Below, piece by piece: positions 14,245-28,972 of a DNA stretch of 64,000 nucleotides. Positions within the stretch are counted from its first letter, which is position 1. Each line of letters starts with the position of its first letter. Made by a program: the position numbers and the translations under genes. Origin of the DNA: the human T2T-CHM13v2.0 reference genome, Homo sapiens; the NCBI RefSeq assembly GCF_009914755.1, contig NC_060926.1, one strand, 5' to 3'. The notes under the pieces are model-generated. The model ran no database searches, was not told where the DNA came from, and worked only from the letters and a program-made list of their open reading frames with translations.

Positions 14245-14831
14245 GAGACAAATATTATCCAAGCTTTCTGTTTATCCACTCATCCATGCCTCTATCCTTA
14301 GAGAAACAAAGCTTACAGATTGACGATTCAGTGACCTGCTAGAAGAGACAATGATTAAATGTCTCTTTAAACATAACGTAAAGTCATATTATCCAGAATG
14401 TAAAGAAATTACCTTAAAAGTGAAAGTAAGGGTTTTGTTTTTTGTTTGTTTTGTTGTTGTTGTTGTTGTTTTTCCAGGGGGCATGATATATATGTAGACC
14501 AGTATGACATACCATATTTGTAATAATCTTGAATAGGATAGGACGGAAATAGGGCAATGACCTTTGTGTCCAATACAGGTTTCAGACAAAACATACTTTC
14601 TCATTTTTAATAGGGAGAAACCAGTCTCTCAACAAATAATGTTAAATTGTTTCATAAAACTGAGGGATTCGACTAACTAAAGCCAAATTTGATGCTTTTG
14701 AGACCGACCAGTGTCATAAGAATAGCACTATCCACTTTCTGGTTCAAAATATTATGCTCTTTTTTATATAAACCTTCAGGCATTGTGCCTACTTCCTTGT
14801 AAGTTTGTGTATAATTTTTCCCATTATCACC

Positions 14832-15086
14832 CCCTAGGTATCTTTCACCATCACCACTTTCCAGGCATCTACCATCCACTGAATAGCCATGTTTCTGATT
14901 ATCTTCTCCCAAATGTATCAGCTTGCATTATTTAAAGCTGAATCTCATTTTATTATTTCCTGCTCGTATTTCTAAACTCCTTAAGTCCATTTGTATGATT
15001 CTTTTGTCCTCACAGATGTCCACAGTTCCTCCCAATTTAGTATCATCAGCAAATTTAATTAATGCTCTGTTTACCTCTCCTTCTAA
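14832..15086 (-). mobile_element. Ancient CR1/L3-clade LINE reverse-transcriptase fragment
   Basis: The minus-strand frame reads LEGEVNRALIKFADDTKLGGTVDICEDKRIIQMDLRSLEIRAGNNKMRFSFK*CKLIHLGEDNQKHGYSVDGRCLESGDGERYLG. This is colinear with CR1 ORF2 (KFADDTKLGG...IQ.DL..L...N.M.F...KCK.LHLG..N...Y...G..LE....E.DLG). Confidence 0.9.
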
Positions 15087-15314
15087 TGAAACCAGTCCCT
15101 TGTTTCATTTCATGATACAAAGTAAAAAATGTATTGGCAATAAAACAGTCCAAAGAAATGTTTCCTCACTGTAGGAGGGGAAGTTAAGGATACAGCAAAG
15201 AACAATGTGGTGAGGAGTGGACAGTGCAGCAGGGTGGTGAGTTAGTTTGCTATTGCCCTGAAGCAAAACCTTTTTCACAGAGACTACACTTTGGCATATT
15301 GCCTGGGTTGATGC

Positions 15315-15363
15315 TGTGTGTGTATGTGTGTGCGCGTGCGTGTGTGTGCGTGCATGTGTGTGT
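15315..15363. repeat. Imperfect (TG)n microsatellite
   Basis: tgtgtgtgtatgtgtgtgcgcgtgcgtgtgtgtgcgtgcatgtgtgtgt. Confidence 0.9.
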
Positions 15364-16987
15364 TCTGTTCTGGAAGGTAGCTTTAATATCCTAACTGAGG
15401 ACATTTTACCAAAGATGTATTTATGAATATATGAAAAGCATATTGAAAACTATAAATATAAATGTAATTATAGCTTTATATACATTAGTATTTATAGTTT
15501 TAAATACAATAAAAGGTAAGCTAGTAATGTCTGATTCATGGTGTAGTTACAAATCTAGATATGGATGCATACATCTGGATATATACAGACATTCAATCAT
15601 TTTCAGTGGGCTTTTTCTAGCATTCACTGTGATGTAAATTTATCTCTGTCCTTAACTTGATTAGTGTTTTAAATCCAAATTAACCCTTGGATTTGAATCA
15701 AATTCTTTGTAAATAGCAGGTTTATAGGGTAAGAAAAAAGAACTTTTTTTCAGTTGTATCCAACATGCAAACTTCAATCAAAGAATATTTTAACCTCTAC
15801 AATTAATAGGCTAGAAAATTGAGCTTGATCAGAGTAAAAGGCCTAACCTGCTAACTTGAAGGTAAGCCAGCATATGTTCTAAAAGTTACACTATAACTCT
15901 TTGAAGGTGTGGATATACAGATATTGTGTCATTTACATGAGGAAAACAAAGATGACATTTATTAAGCACTCATAATGTTAGTGCTTTCCAGCATACATAC
16001 CAATACTGTGGAATAAAATTGTACATTAATTACTACCTGATACTTCATAGTCTGTATTCTTAACTCCAGCAAAATCTCATAAACGTTTGTCAAGTTTCAT
16101 ATTAAGAGTCAGTCTTCAGAATGTGGATGGATTAGTATAAATCCAGTGACTTTACTGGGAAAAAAAGTACTTTCAAGTTTATGCTTTGAATGGACAGACA
16201 GATGTTAAGATCAAGATCTCTATTGTTGTATACAGGAGACAATGCATGTTCACAATGCTGAAATGAAGGCTGATATGTACTTTCCATACAGGACAAGGTC
16301 ACCAAAGATGGCATCACCAAGGGATGGTGTTAACAAAACAGTGACTGGGAATATTGTTAGGTGGTTACAGCCTCACATTGCTTTTCTAGTGAGAAAAATA
16401 TCTGATGCATAATGCATTCTTATGAGAGAATTTTCTCAGATGCCAAGATTTTACAGGCATAACTTCCATAAGCTTTAATGGGAATTTCCTGCCAGCACCT
16501 GTTACAGTATAGAGTTCTTACTTTTCACACATAATCCAAGACTGACTTGGAACACTGACTTGGAAAAACTAATATAGTGAAAGCTTCTTGTAATGTTTCC
16601 TCACATATAATGTTCATCTTTTAATCTTTGGTCTGATGATATATGTATGTCCATGTTTTCCATTCAAATTCTTTTCCCACCAGTAAGGTTTCTTTTCACA
16701 AGTTTTTTTATGGATGAGAGCAGAAAAAGCAATTCTTCTTACTAGGTAAACTAGTGGAAATGATACATAAAGGGGAAAGTTATTAGGATAGCAAGTGACT
16801 TAATGCTAGAAATCAACTATTCTTGACTTAAAGTAGTTTTATAGATATACTGTAGACTCCTGAGCAGCCAACAATTAGAGTACCGCATGCAAAAACAACT
16901 GTCAGGGACTCCACAGCAAAATCACAGGTCAAAATAATATAGTTTGACCATATTTTCTCATATATTTATAGACTAGAATATGGTAAC

Positions 16988-17070
16988 TTTTAATATTTAA
17001 AAAGATATTGTGTAGATATACCAAAGGATCTATTTTAATATTTCAAAAGATATTGCATAGATATACCAAA
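16988..17070. repeat. Tandem duplication, 45-bp period
   Basis: ttttaatatttaaaaagatattgtgtagatataccaaa (16988-17025) vs ttttaatatttcaaaagatattgcatagatataccaaa (17033-17070); 3 mismatches in 38 nt. Confidence 0.85.
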
Positions 17071-18249
17071 TGGGCAATGCATTGGGTAGAGGAGAAAGTT
17101 AAAAGTTTTAAATTTCATACATTTCTAATTAATTCCCCAAACTTCCGTTACCAAAAAACTCAAACAAAAACAGGTCACAGTGCTCCTGCTTAACTAGAAT
17201 TATTGGAGATTGTACAGAACGACTATTTTATGAACAACAACTTCACTTTTAACTTTTTCACTTTCTTGAAGTTTCTTCTTGTCTAGAGTTTCTAACACAC
17301 AATGACACATTAGAATGAAAACAGACATTTATACTCAAATTCCTGAATCATTTCTGATCACTACCCTGAGTGACAGGATGATGAGCAGGGGGAATGCTTT
17401 TCACTTGTTGAATGTTGAAAGACAGTAAATTTTTAGTTCATTTTTATGACAAGATTTTTTTAACAAATGTTGGCAGGTAACATGATTAACGTTGGAAGAA
17501 CTCTGAAACCCCGAAAACAAGAGAAGACGTGTGAACCTGTTCATTTAATTTCTCACGGGGCAAAATACGGGAACTGAAGGAGAACAGTGCATTCGCATCC
17601 TTCCTTCTCTTTCTTTGGTGTGTGATTACATTACTCCATGATGTCACCTTGAGCCCCTGTCTGACCTCTGATACTCTCCTTCTGGCACACCTGCCCCAGA
17701 AATATCATTTATACTCCAGCTTGATGTTCAGACACCCTTATTCACACTTTTGAGTATTACCTTGAGCTTAACTGTTTTAAAAGGTATCAATAATTTGTCT
17801 CCTATTAGAGTATGTTCAAGCACCAGGAAAGAGGATTTTGTTTTGTTTCATTTGATAAGGCAAAGAAAGGGAAAAGGGAGTCTCACTGACACTTCTAAAA
17901 GCATGCTGTGTTTCCAAGCTTGGTACCCTCCTCCTCTCAAGGGGTTTTGACTGTAGCACACTTTGCTCTTAGTGGAAATAAGGTTATTACTTTCTTTTGA
18001 TACTCTGGCCAGTGAATTAATAGAAATGCATTTGTTTCTGATGTAATTGCCTTTATTAAGGTTTATTTTAAAACTTAAGAGCAGATTGGAAATCTAAGAC
18101 CTCGTTAAGTCTGCCATAGTTCAAAGCCATGCATTACCAGCTGAGGCCAATAAGCCTTAGGTTGTTACTGGGGAAGACTTAAGACTTGTGGCATTGTTTG
18201 TGTATACATCACTGGCTCCATCTGACACCTCTCATCTCTCCAGTGAGCC

Positions 18250-18623
18250 TGATGGAGTTAGGCTTTGTATCCCCACCCACATCTCTTCTTGAATTGTAAT
18301 CTCCATAATCCCCACATGTCAATCGAGAGACGAGGTGGAAGTAATTGAATCCTGGGGCTGGTTCCTCCATGCTGTTCTCATAATAGTGAGTGAGTTCTCA
18401 CGAGATCTGATGGCTTTATAAGGGGCTCTTCCTCCCTCACTGGCACTTCTTTCTTCCACCTTGAGAAGAAGGTGCCTTGCTTCCCCTTCGCCTTCCACCC
18501 TTACTGTAAGTCTTCCGAGGCCTCTCCAGCCATGCTGAACTGTGAGTCAATTAAACCTCTTTCCTTTATAAATTACCGAGTCATAGGCAGTTCGTTATAG
18601 CAGTATGAGCATGGGCTAATACA
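18250..18623 (+). mobile_element. THE1D-like MaLR solo LTR
   Basis: tga...ccccacccacatctcttcttgaattgtaatctccataatccccac...gaactgtgagtcaattaaacctctttcctttataaattacc...ctaataca. 5-bp TSD gagcc/gaccc with one mismatch. Confidence 0.93.
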
Positions 18624-18819
18624 GACCCAGTGATGTATACACAGACAACGCCACATACAGTAAAACTGCAGGAGAGTGATACGGTGAGAGAAGTCCCTGT
18701 ATTCTCTGCAGTCCTTACCCAGAGAAGAGACAGGCCTGGCTCAGAGATCTGATGATTTCATGGGAGAATGCCGTGTATATTCACGACATTTCAATCTATA
18801 GAAAAAAAGACCTATATGG

Positions 18820-19132
18820 GGCCAGGAAAAGTGGCTCATGCCTACAATCCCAGCACTTTGGGAGGCTGAGGTGGGCAGATCTCTTGAGCTGAGGAGTTCG
18901 AGATCAACCTGGGCAACATGGCAAAACACTGTCTGTACAAAAAATACCAAAAAAAATAGCCAGGCGTGGTGGTGTGTGCCTGCAGTCGCCAGCTACTTGA
19001 GAGCCTGAGGTGGGAGGACCTGAGCCTGGAGAGGTTGAGGCTGCTGTGAGCTGTGATCATACCACTGCACTCTAGCCTGAGTGATAGACTGAGAACCTGT
19101 CTCAAAAAAAAAATAAAAAACAAAACAAAAAA
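18820..19132 (+). mobile_element. AluJ
   Basis: Full dimeric Alu with J-type features (ttgagc..aggagttcgaga, ctgggcaacatgg, gaggttgaggctgc) and an A-tail. TSD acctatatg (18810-18818 / 19133-19141). Confidence 0.95.
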
Positions 19133-20144
19133 ACCTATATGAATTTAGGAACCTCAGTTTAGAGCATTGTACTCACCTGAAAGAAAAATTATTTTATAAG
19201 TTTTCCCTGAAGATGTTATTTTTTACAATTTCCATATTTCTAATTTCCTTATGATAGAAAATTACTATAAGAATAAATTATGTTAAAATAAATTGTGATT
19301 AATCAAGCTTAAAAATGTGCCCCTTCTCCCCCAAATTTCTAAGTACAGTAATATACTTCTTTTTTTCTGTGTCTTGGTGTGTCCAAAATAGCAGGTAACC
19401 CAGGAAGGGAGAAACTTTGGATAATAACAACCACTCTTTTGAATTCATTTGAAGCCAACATGTTGTACCCATTTTCCCTTTCTGTTCCTCTCCCATTATG
19501 TACTTGCCCCCTTATTCTCCATCTTTTTCTCTCCCACATCCTACACAAGTAAACTCATTGTACTTGTTTTCTTTTCAGTTAAAGTCTGCTCCCAGTAAAG
19601 GATTTAATAAATTAATCCACATACTAAAGCGTATATGACCAGTGAGGTTTGATGTGAAATCCTCCAATAGGATTTCAAGAAAAAAGGACGAATTCTAATT
19701 GCAGAATTTTAGGCATAAGCAAGGCTGTGTGAAAGAAATATTTTAAGAAAGAATTATCTTCCCAGATTTTCTGAAAATAAACTGCAAAAGTAGCCTCTAT
19801 AATTAATATTAACTTACGTTGGGAACCAATGGCATAAAATCCAAGTCTTCAAATTGATAATCTTTCATTTCTATCTCTCATGGCACTTCAAGATTTAGCT
19901 ATACTGCCTGATTATGGATTTCCTAACATTCAAACTCAATGGAGTTTCTAACATCAAAACTCAAACTCTGCCATCCCCTGGAGGAAACAGGGAAATTAAG
20001 ACATCCTTTATTTACATTTCATACAAGAGAAAACATGAGATACATTTATAATTGATATCTTGCCACTTTAGAAAGTCACATATATGGAGTTAGATATTTC
20101 ATAAATGTTGTATCAATGAACATCAGCATATATAAAACGTCTTA

Positions 20145-20589
20145 GTTTTTTTTAAATTTGTGGATAATGTATGTTTTTTTCACATACAACATGAAGTTTT
20201 AAAGTATATAGATATTGTGTAATAGTTAAATCTATGTAATTAACAAATTACCTCACATAGTTATCATAGATGAGAGCACTTAACATTCACTCTCATTACA
20301 TTTTTCAGGAATATATGTCATCATTAACTGTAGTCGTCTTGCTATCCAATAGATCCCTTGAAATTTATTCCTTCTAGCTAATTATAATTATGTATCCTTT
20401 GACCAACATTTTCTCATTCCTACCGTCCGCCTAATCATACCAGCCTCTAGTAGCCACCATTCCATTCTCTTCTTCTATGAGGTCAACCTTTTTGAATTCC
20501 ACATGTGAGTGAGATCATGCAATACGTATTTTTCTGTTCCTGGTTTATTTCACTTAGCATAACGTCCTCCATGTTCATTCATGTTGTCA
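20145..20589 (-). mobile_element. Old L1MA (about L1MA6) 3' part, interrupted by the L1PA
   Basis: L1MA 3'UTR text (ttacctcacatagttatc...tgtatcctttgaccaacat...gaattccacatgtgagtgagatcatgc). It continues at 26764 after the TSD. Confidence 0.85.
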
Positions 20590-20813
20590 CAAAAGCAGGA
20601 TTTTTTTTTTTATTATTTAAGTTTTAGGGTTCATGTGCACAACGTGCAGGTTTGTTACATATGTGTACATGTGCCATGTTGGGGTGCTGCACCCATTAAC
20701 TCATCATTTAGCATTAGGTATATCTCCTAATGCTATCCCTCCCCCCTCCCCCCACCCCACAACCGTCCCCGGTGTGTGATGTTCCCCTTCCTGTGTCCAT
20801 GTGTTCTCACTGT

Positions 20814-24642
<3,829 letters not shown>

Positions 24643-24646
24643 TATG

Positions 24647-25720
24647 TTAGCTGGTTATTTTGCTTGTTAGTTGATGCAGTTTCTTCCTAGCCTTGATGGT
24701 CTTTACAATTTGGCCTGTTTTTTGCAGTGGGTGGTACCGGTTGTTTCTTTCCATGTTTAGTGCTTCCTTCAGGAGCTCCTTTAAGGCAGGCCTGGTGGTG
24801 ACAAAATCTCTCAGCATTTGCTTGTCTGTAAAGTATTTTATTTCTCCTTCCCTTATGAAGCTTAGTTTGGCTGGATATGAAATTCTGGGTTGAAAATTCT
24901 TTTCTTTAAGAATGTTGAGTATTGGCCCCCACTCTCTTCTGGCTTGTAGAGTTTCTGCTGGGAGATCAGCTGTTAGTCTGATGGGCTTCCCTTTGTGGTT
25001 AACCTGACCTTTCTCTCTGGCTGCCCTTAACATTTTTTCCTTCATTTCAACTTTGGTGAATCTGACAATTATGTGTCTTGGCGTTGCTCTTCCCAAGGAG
25101 AATCTTTGTGGCATTCTCTGTATTTCTTGAATTTGAATGTTGGCCTGCCTTGCTAGATTGGGGAAGTTCTCCTGGATAATATCCTGCAGAGTGTTTTCCA
25201 ACTTGGTTCCATTTTCCCGCTCACTTTCAGGTACACCTATCAAATGTAGGTTTGGTCTTTTCACATAGACCCATATTTCTTGGAGGCTTTGTTCGTTTCT
25301 TTTTATTCTTTTTTCTCTAAACTTCTCTTCATGCTTCATTTCATTTATTTCATCTTCCATCGCTGATACCCTTTCTGCCAGTTGATCGCATCGGTTACTG
25401 AGGCTTGTGTATTCATCATGTAGTTCTTGTGCCATGGTTTTCAGCTCCATCAGGTCCTTTAAGGACTTCTCTGCATTGGTTATTCTAGGTATCCATTCGT
25501 CTAATTTTTTTTCAAAGTTTTTAACCTCTTTGCCATTGGTTCGAACTTCCTCCTTTAGCTCAGAGTAATTTGATCTTCTGAAGCCTTCTTCTCTCAACTC
25601 GTCAAAGTCATTCTCCATCCAGCTTTGTTCTGTGGCTGGTGAGGAGCTGCGTTCCTTTGGAGGAGGAGAGGCGCTCTGATTTTTAGAGTTTCCGGTTTTT
25701 CAGCTCTGTTTTTTCCCCAT
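24647..25720 (-). pseudogene. L1 ORF1p, disrupted
   Basis: ATG at 25720 gives MGKKQS then TGA at codon 7. The frame is open again from MENDFDEL (25618). A C-terminal frameshift replaces the normal end with ...LQKTGQIVKT. Confidence 0.95.
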
Positions 25721-26746
25721 CTTTGTGGTTTTATCTACCTTTGGTCTTTGATGGTGGTGACATACAGATGGGTTTTTGGTGTGGATGTCCTTTCTCTTTG
25801 TTAGTTTTCCTTCTAACAGTCAGGACCCTCAGTTGCAGGTCTGTTGGAGTTTACTGGAGGTCCACTCCAGACCCTGTTTGCCTGGGTATCAGCAGCGGTG
25901 GCTGCAGAACAGCGGATATTGGTGAACCGCAAATGCTGCTGCCTGATCGTTCCTCTGGAAGTTTTGTCTCAGAGGAGTACCCGGCCGTGTGAGGTGTTAG
26001 TCTGCCCCTACTGGGGGATGCCTCCCAGCTAGGCTACTCAGCAGTCAGGGACCCACTTGAGGAGGCAGTCTGCCCGTTCTCAGATCTCAAGCTGTTTGCT
26101 GGGCGAACCACTACTCTCTTCACAGCTGTCAGACAGGGACCTTTAAGTCTGCAGAGGTTATTGCTGTCTTTTGTTTGTCTGTGCCCTGCCCCCAGAGGTG
26201 GAGCCTACAGAGGCAGGCAGGCCTCCTTGAGCTGTGGTGGGCTCCACCCAGTTCGAGGTTCCTGGCTGCTTTGCTTACCTACTCAAGCCTGAGCAATTGC
26301 GGGCACCCCTCCCCCAGCCTCGCTGCCGCCTTGCAGTTTGATCTCAGAATGCCATGCTAGCAATGAGCGAGGCTTCGTGGGCGTAGGACCCTCTAAGCTA
26401 GGTGTGGGATATAATCTGCTGGTGTGTCGTTTGTTAAGCCCGTTGGAAGAGCACAGTATCGGGGTGGGAGTGACCCGATTTCCCAGGTGCCATCTGTCAC
26501 CCCTTTCTTTGACTAGGAAAGGGAATTCCCTGACCCCTTGCACTTCCCGGGTGAGGCGATGCCTCGCCCTGCTTCGGCTCATGCACGGTGCACTGCACCC
26601 ACTCTCCTGCAACCACTGTCCGGCACTCCCCAGTGAGATGAACCTGGTAACTCAGTTGGAAATGCAGAAATCACCCATCTTCTGCGTCACTCACACTGGT
26701 AGCTGTAGACTGGAGCTGTTCCTATTCGGCCATCTTGGCTCTACCC
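25721..26746. promoter_or_regulatory. L1 5'UTR bidirectional promoter (sense promoter fires on -, antisense promoter fires on +, same direction as ARHGAP15)
   Basis: Complete, CpG-containing 5'UTR with an intact YY1 site (cggccatcttg, 26727-26737). Promoter activity is inferred from L1 biology, not shown by the sequence. Confidence 0.7.
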
Positions 26747-26763
26747 CAAAAGCAGGATTTTTT

Positions 26764-27838
26764 AATGGCTGAATAGTATTCCATTTGTGTGTGTGTGTGC
26801 GCATATATATCATATATGTGTATATGTGTGTGTGCATATATATCATATATATATGATTTAAAATATATATATGATATATATTATATATATGATATATATG
26901 ATATGATATATAATATCACATATATAATATATATGATATATATAATATCACATATATAATATATATGATATATATAATATCACATATATAATATATATAT
27001 GATATATATAATATCACATATATAATATATATATGATATATATAATATCACATATATAGTATATATATGATATATATAATATCACATATATAGTATATAT
27101 ATGATATATATAATATCACATATATAGTATATATATGATATAATGTATATCATATATAATAACATATGATATATATAATATCACATTTTATCATTCAACC
27201 ATTGATGGACACTTAGGTTAATTCCATATCTTGGTTATTGTAAATATTGCTGTAATAAAATAAGAATGCAGATATCTTTTTGATATACTGATTTTATTTC
27301 CTTTGGATATATACCCAGTGGTGGGATTGCTGGATCATATGGTATTTCTATTTTTAATTGTTTGAGGAATCTCTATATTTTTTCCCATAATTGTTGTACT
27401 AATTTGCATTCCCACCAATAATATAAAAGGGTTTCCTTTTCTTCACATCCTTGCCAACACTTGTTATCTTTTGTCTTTTTAATAATAGCCATTCTATCAG
27501 AGGTAAGGTGATATCTCATTATTGTTTTAATTTGCATGTATCTGATGATTAGTGATGTTGAGCATTTTCCCATTTACCTATTGGCCATTTGTATGTCTTT
27601 TTTTGAGAAGTATCTTTTTAGTTTTTTGCTCATTTTTAACTTGGGCTCAGGTTGTTTTTTGGTTGTTTGGTATTGAGTTGTTTGAGTACCTTATACATTC
27701 TGATGTTAACATCCTGTCAAATGTATAGTTTGAAAATAATTTCTCCCATTCTATAGGTTGCCACTCCACTCTGTTGATTGTTTCCTTTGCTGTGCAGAAG
27801 CTTCCTAGTTTGATGTAATCTCATTTGTCTATTTTTTG
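26764..27838 (-). mobile_element. Old L1MA, 5' continuation (contains the AT-rich VNTR)
   Basis: aatggctgaatagtattccatt...ccattgatggacacttagg...tttgctgtgcagaagctt..agtttgatgtaatctcatttgtctatttt; colinear with 20145-20589. Confidence 0.88.
26786..27186. repeat. (TG)n plus AT-rich minisatellite, 32-34 bp unit
   Basis: atatcaca anchors at 26913, 26945, 26977, 27011, 27045, 27079 and 27113. Confidence 0.95.
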
Positions 27839-28879
27839 GCACATGTTAGTTTAATATATTTTCTTTCCATGACAATAGATCAGAAAGAAATGAGAGATAT
27901 TAAATATATATATATAAATATGTATGTGTATATATATGCAAATACCCAGATATTTCCACAAGTCTTTCAATGTAGATCTATGTGACAAAATCCCCCAGAA
28001 GCTGAAAATCTGGTTTGTATTACACTAGTGCTAGATGAGTTTAAATAAGGGAACAACTGTTATTGGAATGCCTTTTTTTAAGTCAACAAAGTGTTTTGAG
28101 TAACCAGAGGGTGCATACTTCTTTGTTAGATGGTTAACAGCCCTTATGTAGTACAGAATGAAGCTGAGAAGTTAGGTCTCTCCTAGACCACTAGAGGAAG
28201 GCTAATCTTTCTACTTTATATTGTGATCATAGGAAGTCAGAAAGCCAACTTTATTGCTACCTCTTGTCTTTTGCTTATACATTTCTTTTTGTACGAGTCC
28301 CAAAATCACAAAAGCCAATGGTATAAATTGTCCAGGGAAAGGTAGAGCTTCTAAGTAGGGAAGATGTTTTTGTCTTTTCAGCTGTATTCCAGATACCTTA
28401 TATTTCTGTCTCCAAATCTGGATGTGATTTCCCCAATAAGAAATAGTTTATGAAATACTTAATTTTGAGATTTCTACTGTGTGTCCCATGAAGATTTTGA
28501 ACCTCATTTTAAGAGTCTTAAACCATCTTTCAGCTAAATTAGAGATACAAAATACAGCATTCAAGGATACAGAATAGATTTATGATAGTCTCCAAACATT
28601 TTTCAAGTGGATCTGTGGGGACATAAACTCATAAGTATATATTATCAAATAATTTCAATCTGTGTCATAATGTTTTCATAATAAATGTCATTAATATTTG
28701 TTCACAAGAGTAATATATATGTATATACTACACACATGTGTATATATGTATATGTATATAAACACATAAAATAGTTGGGAAATATGTAAAACGATTTAAA
28801 AACAGAATCATTTTTATAATCCACCTCACAGAGAATATATGTTCTCACATTTTAGTGCATGTTATGGCTCTATAACATC

Positions 28880-28972
28880 TGGAAATGTGTGTACCACATT
28901 TGTTACTGTATCCCCAATGCCTAGCACACTTTTGCTACATAGTAAGTACCTACACAATATCTGTCAAATTGC
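28880..28972 (+). mobile_element. L2 3' end relic
   Basis: actgtatccccaatgcctagcacact...acatagtaagtacctacacaatatctgtcaaattg. Confidence 0.7.

Noticed and set aside
14673-14912. 79-aa ORF as a domesticated RT gene
   Set aside because: It starts at TTG just downstream of an in-frame stop, lacks the FADD core, and loses CR1 similarity after YLG. Treated as a non-coding fossil.
16730-16752. Recursive-splice-like ttcttcttactag|gtaaac (also tgcag|gtaaga near 43005)
   Set aside because: Short or poor pyrimidine tracts; such motifs are expected by chance in 60 kb of intron.
1144-19132. Inverted Alu pair around the first exon as an editing or circRNA driver
   Set aside because: About 17 kb apart and from divergent subfamilies (S vs J), so stable pairing is unlikely.
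26905-27145. CRISPR-like array (regular ~33-bp spacing)
   Set aside because: The units are contiguous near-identical AT repeats with no unique spacers, in primate DNA with no cas genes. It is a minisatellite.
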